DNA from: Candidatus Aenigmatarchaeota archaeon
Lineage (GTDB): Archaea > Aenigmatarchaeota > Aenigmatarchaeia > GW2011-AR5 > JACRAC01
Direction: 5' to 3'
Length of the DNA stretch: 39,235 nucleotides
NCBI GenBank assembly: GCA_016219465.1
Contig: JACRMW010000021.1
Span: 1 to 39,235, forward strand
The translations under genes were made by a program, and so were the position numbers. Shown here in pieces: positions 33,114 to 39,235 of the stretch; position 1 is the first letter of the stretch; each line of letters opens with the position of its first letter. Under the pieces are notes generated by a model, which saw only the letters and a program-made list of their open reading frames with translations, was not told the DNA's origin and did no database searches.

Positions 33114-36100
33114 TCATTTCTTCTTAGCCGGCTTGTATGAATATTTATCCTGAGATTTGTTTTGCGGCTTGTGGAAGAAAAAATAATAGACAAGAACACC
33201 GAGGATTATCAGAACTATTACTGCTGCTATCAACATGGTTGAATCAACTGCAAATGTCTCGTTTGAGCCTGTCTGGTTTGATGTTTCATTTACAATGACA
33301 GGAGCAGGACTGCAGTCTAATGATGTTGAGTTGCATCCATAGTCACAAGTTTTGTCCAATGTCCATGTGCTGTTCAAGCATGATTGCAGTTTGTTGTCAA
33401 TACACTGCTTTGAATTCTCTTCACAGCCTGTCGCAGACATGCATGCTTTTGTTGCTGCATTGCATCCATAGTCACAGGTTGCATTTGTTATCCATGCATT
33501 GTTCTTGCATTCTCTCAGAATATTGCCACTACATTCCTTTGCTCCTTCTGCGCATATTGCCACTAATTTCTCGCCTGATATTGCAAAGTATGACAGACCT
33601 GGTGCTTTTGCTGTATAATAATATGCATCATCACTTCCTATTTTTGTTGTTGCAAGCCTGTTCCATTTGGTTGTATATCTGTATAGATATACAAGATTTG
33701 AATCAATATTATTTGATGAAACCCATGATTTCTCAACCTCAAAACTTATATTGACATAATTTATATCATTGTTAATCTCTTTTGATTTATTTATCTCAAA
33801 CAATTTGTACACTGTTCCTTCAACCACGCTAGGAACTGCTGAGCTAGTAACTTTGTCTATTGTTATTGTAACACTAGTGACTGTATTATTTACCATAATA
33901 ACTATTTCTCTTAAGCCAAGAGACTTGTCAAAACTTGTTATTGCAGATGCTATTCCAGGAGTCATTGTTGAGAATGATTGTTTTTTCTCTGTCTTTGCTG
34001 CTGTGGTTGAACTGCTGCTTGATCCTGAACTGCTTGATGTTGATGCAGATGACGCAACTGTTATTGTGGCTGTGTAATCTGTCTCATTAATATTATTGTA
34101 CAAATCAATGCATCTTACATAATAACGATAGGTTCCTGCTGAAAGTCCTGTCAATGACTGGATATGGGATGTGCCTGTATCTGTAAACGTTCCTCCCATG
34201 CCAGAATATGATGTGCCTGAGTTTGTTGAATAATGGCAGGTTGCATTCTCGTTTGTGGTGACTGAGAAATTTGCAGATGTTGTTGTCAGTGTTTCCTGAG
34301 GACCATATGTTGTTATAAAAGGCGGGCTGTCGTCTGTTGTAAGGAATCTTACTGTGGTATTATAGACATTGTTTAGCGTGTCATTTGCATGCACTGTATA
34401 GTTATGCAGACCATCTGAAAGGCCTGTCTGATTGTAATAACAATATATGTTGGAGCCGTTTGCTGATTTTGTCATTGTGATGTTTGAACCAGATGTTGGA
34501 GTAGACCATTCAAGCCAGCATGCGCTTACATTGACATTTGATTCATTTACAGAAATGTTTACAAAGCTATAATTCCTGCCAACTGTTGTGCCATTTGCAT
34601 CAGTTGGGTCTATGAATGTAATATTAGGGCCTGTTGAATCATTTAATGTAGTGAAATTATAAGTGCCAACCATTGTACAATTGCTGACCTGGTTGCATAC
34701 AGTCATGTTGTAATAATATCTTAGATTAGGAATGAGATTTATGATGCTGATATTTGCCCTGGTTGTATATGTTGTGTTTGTAGATGTCTGGTTCAGGTCA
34801 GAAGCATTTGCGCTGTATGTGATATTGACAGAAGCTGCTTCTGAAGTGTTCCATGATATCAACACAGATGAATCTGTTATGCTTGTATTTGTGATGTTAG
34901 ATATATTTGGAGCAGAGTAATCTATTCTTATTGTTCTGTTCAATGCCCATTCATAAGAGCCTCCTGTATCATATACAAGACAACTCCATGTATAGTTTCC
35001 TTCTGTAGAAAAGTTATATGTGTATAAACTGCTGTTTGATGTTCCGCCAGAAATATTTGTATTATTATTCTGCATTCCTGTTGAATTCCAGATATAGAAT
35101 GTTATGTTTGAGAGTGTTCCTGATGATGCTGCGCTGCAATTGAATGTGTTTGGTGTTAAGCTGGATATGTTTGCATCAGCTGGCCTGTTTAATGAAACAT
35201 TTATTGTTCCTCCTGATATGTTATAATCTCCTCCTGAGAAATGAGGAATCCTAAACCAGAATCTGTTGTTCACAACATCCATATAACAGTCAGAAGCTGT
35301 GTTATTCTTGCTGCATGTCATTCCAGTGAACCATGTCTGGTTATATTGGGAATAATCTGCAAGCGTCACGTTTGTGCCATTAGCAGTGGTGTTCCAGACA
35401 ATATTCCAATCTTCATCATAGAGATAAGGAAGAACTGTCTTGTATGACCATGATTCGTTTACAAGAGACTGATTATATGGTATGCTTACATAAGCATGGC
35501 TATATATCTCTGGTGCCATGCTTCCAAACCTCCATATCTGCGCAAGCGAATCAGAAGCTGTTGTGTTTGCAAGAGAATTGTCACTCATCACTGCATCAGG
35601 AGGACCAGATGCAATCAAATCAACTCCTATGAAATATGTTACAATTCCGTTTGATGAGTTTATCATAACATTTGATTTTCCACCAAGCATGGCTTTCAAT
35701 GGATTGAAATTGCCTGCAAAACTGCCTAAGAAACAATTCGCAGCTGGTGAAGGAATGCTGCATGTTGCATTATCTTTGTAAAATGCTATTGCAACACTAG
35801 AACTGTCGTAAGAAACACGGCTTCCATTTGCCAGAACCTGCTCTGGATTAAATGGATATAATGTTATGTTAAACATTCCTGTGCCAGGAAATGCTGTGAA
35901 TTTTGACTGTTTTGGCGCATACTGATTGCTGAATGTCTTTACCTTGACAGTGCTGCCATTTATTATAGCTATTCTGAATGTGCCGTTTGTCAAGCTGTCA
36001 ACCATGTACCTGAGCTTGCTGTTTGTTGTGTTGAAAGAATTATGCACAATTTCTATTTCAATATGGGCTGTTGAAAGCGCAACAGAACCGTTTGTGACAT

Positions 36101-37181
36101 TAAATACCACGCGCGAAGTATTTGCAATCCTGCCTGTATTATCATAAACTCCTGCCAATTTCTGAAGTGTCGTGTTCAAGAACCCTCCATTTGTTCCAAC
36201 AGAAATGTTCTGGAATGATGCATAGTATTCACCAGAGCCATTTCCATAGAATTCAATAACATATTCTATTCCAGATGCAGCTCCAAGCACTGTTATATTA
36301 TAATCAGCTATGAATATGCCGTTTGTACTGGTGATTGCTGGTGTTCCTAATGCAAAATTAGAATTTGGAAATATCATGCCTGATATAGGTGTAAGCTGCA
36401 CCACGGCATCATTCAGTGCTATCCTTGAATCATTTGCTGCAACAGTGACAAATCCTGCAATCGTTGTCATAGTGAATGAGATATTCTTTGACAATGTATA
36501 GCTGTAATTTGTGTTATTATAAGAACTCAGGTTGTTTACGACAGTGCTTAGTGGAGGGGTTGACTGATTATCATTAACAGCAGACTGGTCTCTCATTATC
36601 ATGATAGTATAATTCCTGTTTCTTTCAACAGGAACAGTGGCATTCCATACAAGTCCGTTTGCGCCTGTGCTTGTCTTTACAGGATATGCAACTGAATTAT
36701 CCATTACCATATAATTGAATGTGACTGCGCTCCCTATTGTATTATAAGCAGACAGGTTTAATGTAGCTGCTGGAACAAGATAAAAGGTGCTATTCTCTAA
36801 TCCTATTTGCAATGCCTGCAAAGGCAGAGGAGGAAGCATTGGTCCTGTCTCTGTATACAAACCTGCACTGTCATTCACCAGAAGCTTTATTGAATAGGAT
36901 AGGTATGAATTATTTATGTTTGTTGCATTGAATGTGCCAGTGTTTGTGGTTATAACAGATGACAAAAATGTCTCTAGAGGAGGCCCGTTCTGCTGCATTG
37001 TAACTCCATACACAGATATATTCACTGCCGAGGCATTTCCTAATGTGCTGTTTTTAACACGGCCTGACAATGAGAAATTATTGGCAACAGAGATCTCTGC
37101 ATAGTCTGCTGTCACAACGCTAAAACTAATGAAAATTATGCCAACTGCCAAGCACAATAGAACAATGTTTTTATTATCCAT
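33114..37181 (-). CDS. giant S-layer-like surface glycoprotein with PGF-pre-PGF domain, duplicated Cys-rich module and C-terminal TM anchor
   Basis: Signal peptide. FN3/Ig-like segments. VNISFEVEKSWVSSNNID...LYRYTTKWNRLATT...APGLSYFAISG (PGF-pre-PGF signature). A six-Cys module occurs twice. About 85-90 N-x-S/T sequons by hand count. Confidence 0.8.
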   Translation of the reverse strand: MDNKNIVLLCLAVGIIFISFSVVTADYAEISVANNFSLSGRVKNSTLGNASAVNISVYGVTMQQNGPPLETFLSSVITTNTGTFNATNINNSYLSYSIKLLVNDSAGLYTETGPMLPPLPLQALQIGLENSTFYLVPAATLNLSAYNTIGSAVTFNYMVMDNSVAYPVKTSTGANGLVWNATVPVERNRNYTIMIMRDQSAVNDNQSTPPLSTVVNNLSSYNNTNYSYTLSKNISFTMTTIAGFVTVAANDSRIALNDAVVQLTPISGMIFPNSNFALGTPAITSTNGIFIADYNITVLGAASGIEYVIEFYGNGSGEYYASFQNISVGTNGGFLNTTLQKLAGVYDNTGRIANTSRVVFNVTNGSVALSTAHIEIEIVHNSFNTTNSKLRYMVDSLTNGTFRIAIINGSTVKVKTFSNQYAPKQSKFTAFPGTGMFNITLYPFNPEQVLANGSRVSYDSSSVAIAFYKDNATCSIPSPAANCFLGSFAGNFNPLKAMLGGKSNVMINSSNGIVTYFIGVDLIASGPPDAVMSDNSLANTTASDSLAQIWRFGSMAPEIYSHAYVSIPYNQSLVNESWSYKTVLPYLYDEDWNIVWNTTANGTNVTLADYSQYNQTWFTGMTCSKNNTASDCYMDVVNNRFWFRIPHFSGGDYNISGGTINVSLNRPADANISSLTPNTFNCSAASSGTLSNITFYIWNSTGMQNNNTNISGGTSNSSLYTYNFSTEGNYTWSCLVYDTGGSYEWALNRTIRIDYSAPNISNITNTSITDSSVLISWNTSEAASVNITYSANASDLNQTSTNTTYTTRANISIINLIPNLRYYYNMTVCNQVSNCTMVGTYNFTTLNDSTGPNITFIDPTDANGTTVGRNYSFVNISVNESNVNVSACWLEWSTPTSGSNITMTKSANGSNIYCYYNQTGLSDGLHNYTVHANDTLNNVYNTTVRFLTTDDSPPFITTYGPQETLTTTSANFSVTTNENATCHYSTNSGTSYSGMGGTFTDTGTSHIQSLTGLSAGTYRYYVRCIDLYNNINETDYTATITVASSASTSSSSGSSSSSTTAAKTEKKQSFSTMTPGIASAITSFDKSLGLREIVIMVNNTVTSVTITIDKVTSSAVPSVVEGTVYKLFEINKSKEINNDINYVNISFEVEKSWVSSNNIDSNLVYLYRYTTKWNRLATTKIGSDDAYYYTAKAPGLSYFAISGEKLVAICAEGAKECSGNILRECKNNAWITNATCDYGCNAATKACMSATGCEENSKQCIDNKLQSCLNSTWTLDKTCDYGCNSTSLDCSPAPVIVNETSNQTGSNETFAVDSTMLIAAVIVLIILGVLVYYFFFHKPQNKSQDKYSYKPAKKK

Positions 37182-37250
37182 TGATTTTATTTTGTCTGTC
37201 TTCTGTATATATACTTATTCAGGAAGCAGAATTATTGCAATAATTGCAAT

Positions 37251-37345
37251 ATTGAGGACTTTGAATAATCCCATTATCTACAAAATATATTCAAATCATC
37301 AATTAGAGTTTTGAATTGTCAATGGGTTATTCAAAACTCTCTGTT
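37251..37345 (-). repeat. hairpin repeat family H5, inverted copy
   Basis: The reverse complement reads cagagagttttgaataacccattgacaattcaaaactctaattgatgatttgaatatattttg. Confidence 0.85.
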
Positions 37346-37384
37346 TTCTAAAATAGAGGACTTTGAACTTTTGAGTTTTTAGAA

Positions 37385-37528
37385 TTATACAGAAATAGGC
37401 TGGAGAAATCTCTCTTTTGCCATTCTGCTCAATTTTTGCTTGCATGCAAGACAAACGGATTTTCCTTTGACCCTATCAACAAGCCTGGTTCTTTTGCAAT
37501 GCATGCATCTTGCAATAGTGAGCTCCAT
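37385..37528 (-). CDS. 47-aa zinc-ribbon protein (below the track length cutoff)
   Basis: My translation: MELTIARCMHCKRTRLVDRVKGKSVCLACKQKLSRMAKERFLQPISV. Contains CxxC-x13-CxxC. Confidence 0.35.
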   Translation of the reverse strand: MELTIARCMHCKRTRLVDRVKGKSVCLACKQKLSRMAKERFLQPISV

Positions 37529-37631
37529 TTTTTACACCGTTTCTTGACCTATGCATACTTGTCAACACTTAGTATATATACTTTTGGGTATTTTTCTGAA
37601 TCTTTGGAGTTTTTCTCACTTAGAAATGTCA

Positions 37632-37667
37632 AATAAATAAAAATTTGTCTGCAAATTTTTATTTATT
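37632..37667 (-). terminator. 15-bp A/T hairpin immediately 3' of srp54
   Basis: aataaataaaaattt/aaatttttatttatt, 13 nt after the srp54 stop codon. Confidence 0.35.
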
Positions 37668-37679
37668 ATCATGCGACTG

Positions 37680-38993
37680 CTAGAATTTAATTCCTCCTCT
37701 GCGCAGGAGCTTTGCCATGTCTCCCTGGCGCATTTTTGACAATCCCAATTGTTTTGACATCTTCTTTGTTTTATGGTAATTACTTAGCAGTTCTCTGATT
37801 TCTGTTTCGCTTGTGCCAGAGCCTTTTGCAATCCTCTTTATTCTTGATTGTTCCATCACATCTGGATTCTGCTTTTCTTCTTGTGTCATTGAATCAAGCA
37901 TGAATTTCCATTTCTTTGACTTCTCCTGCTGCTGGTCAAGCATTTCCTTTGGTATTTTGTTTCCTAATCCAAGCATTCCTGCAATGCCTGAAAAACTGCC
38001 TACCTGTCCTATTCCTGCCATTTGTTCATAGAAATCATTCAGGTCAAAATCAGCTTTCATTATCTTTTTTGCCTTTTCCTCAAGGCCTGCTGCTTTTGCT
38101 TTCTCAACTATGGTCTCTATATCAGGCATTCCAACGAGCCTTATTACAAATTTCTTAGGATCATATACTTCCATGTCATCAGGAGTCTCGCCAAGGGTCA
38201 CGAACTTTATCTTTGCGCCTGTTGCATAACAGGCAGTCAATGCTCCTCCTCCTTTTGCAGTTGCATCCATTTTTGTGACAATGACATCGCTTATGTCCAA
38301 TGCTTTGTGGAATGCATCTGCCTGTTCTTTTGCAGCCTGGCCAATATCAGCTGGAATTACAAGAATTCTTTCATCAGGCTTTAGCACACTGTTGATAGAT
38401 GCTATTTCATTTATCAATTCCTTGTCAAGCGCATCTCTTCCAGAAGAATCAACTATGATAACATCAGCCTTTATCTTTTTCAGTGCCCTGACAATCAGAG
38501 CAGCTGGGTCTTTCTCTCCCTTTTCTCCATAAAACTGCACATCTACTTTTTTTGCCAATTGTTCCAGCTGTTCATAGGCAGCAGGTCTTACTGTATCACA
38601 GCAAACTACAGCGCATCTAAGCCCTTGTTTTTTGTAATACTTGGCTAATCTGGATGCAGTGGTGGTTTTTCCACTGCCAAACAGACCACACAATAGTATT
38701 TTCTTTGGTTTTAATGAAATAACAGGCTTTTCAGCACCCATAATATTAGTCAGTTCTTCATAAATTAGTTTTAAAATATGCTCTTTCCTGGTCATTCCAG
38801 GGGCTATTTTTTCAAATGCTTTTTTCTCTATATTTTTTCCAAATTCCTCTACAAGAGCAACATTGACATCGCCTGACAACAGGGCTCTCTTAATCTCTTC
38901 TATAAGCTGATCCACAACAGGCTTGTCAATATGTCCTGCCCTTGCAATCTTATTCAATGCTCCTTTTATCTTCTCTGACAGGCTTTCAAACAT
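37680..38993 (-). CDS. srp54: signal recognition particle protein SRP54
   Basis: N-domain, G-domain GLFGSGKTTT, DTVRPAAYEQL, TKMDATAKGG, and a Met-rich M-domain. Confidence 0.9.
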   Translation of the reverse strand: MFESLSEKIKGALNKIARAGHIDKPVVDQLIEEIKRALLSGDVNVALVEEFGKNIEKKAFEKIAPGMTRKEHILKLIYEELTNIMGAEKPVISLKPKKILLCGLFGSGKTTTASRLAKYYKKQGLRCAVVCCDTVRPAAYEQLEQLAKKVDVQFYGEKGEKDPAALIVRALKKIKADVIIVDSSGRDALDKELINEIASINSVLKPDERILVIPADIGQAAKEQADAFHKALDISDVIVTKMDATAKGGGALTACYATGAKIKFVTLGETPDDMEVYDPKKFVIRLVGMPDIETIVEKAKAAGLEEKAKKIMKADFDLNDFYEQMAGIGQVGSFSGIAGMLGLGNKIPKEMLDQQQEKSKKWKFMLDSMTQEEKQNPDVMEQSRIKRIAKGSGTSETEIRELLSNYHKTKKMSKQLGLSKMRQGDMAKLLRRGGIKF

Positions 38994-39060
38994 AACACAA
39001 CCCTTTTATTATAGCAATGGATAATAGAAATTAGTTCTTGAATATTTTAATAGATAGAAT

Positions 39061-39155
39061 TATAGTTGCAGTCATAACAAACTAGAACAATATGACTACT
39101 CCTGTATAGTCAGCTGCAGCTCATAATACTCTAATTAGTATTGCAACTAATTATA
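39061..39155 (+). repeat. two adjacent repeat modules (H4 then H3), shared with 20517-20550 and 4977-5030
   Basis: tatagttgcagtcataacaaactagaacaatatgact, then tatagtcagctgcagctcataatactctaattagtattgcaactaa. Confidence 0.85.
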
Positions 39156-39235
39156 TAGAATAAGAAAAGAAAAAATATGTGTTCTTCAAGCAAAGATTCA
39201 TTTCTAATTAGAATCTTGGTTTTCTATGTTTTGAG

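Noticed and set aside
32915-33199. 94-aa minus-strand ORF
   Set aside because: It spans the H6 repeat and overlaps the 3' end of the 1355-aa gene. It is an artefact of open frames in AT-rich repeat sequence.

Overview
AT-rich archaeal chromosomal fragment. The archaeal call rests on RpoL, Dph2, an archaeal-type signal peptidase, XPD, DUF655 and S-layer/PGF-pre-PGF surface proteins. The small-genome, DPANN-like flavour is my inference. Housekeeping genes present: metG, srp54, rpoL, dph2, an XPD helicase, a YgiQ radical-SAM protein, an APC permease and an HD hydrolase. Accessory content: two AAA+ ATPases with nuclease-like C-termini, two secreted peptidoglycan-hydrolase homologues, a P-type ATPase homologue lacking the catalytic Asp, and a 10 kb block of giant surface proteins. 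Three signals are not explained by the ORF track. (1) A tRNA-Thr(UGU) gene on the minus strand is split by two introns, one of about 348 nt filled with hairpins. (2) Most intergenic spacers carry modular arrays of near-perfect hairpins from a few repeat families, with compensatory stem substitutions, presence/absence of modules and one flip/flop loop. (3) A 67-nt tandem repeat duplicates a ribosome-binding leader. No CRISPR array, rRNA or intact transposase was found. All domain calls come from motif recognition by eye, not from searches.
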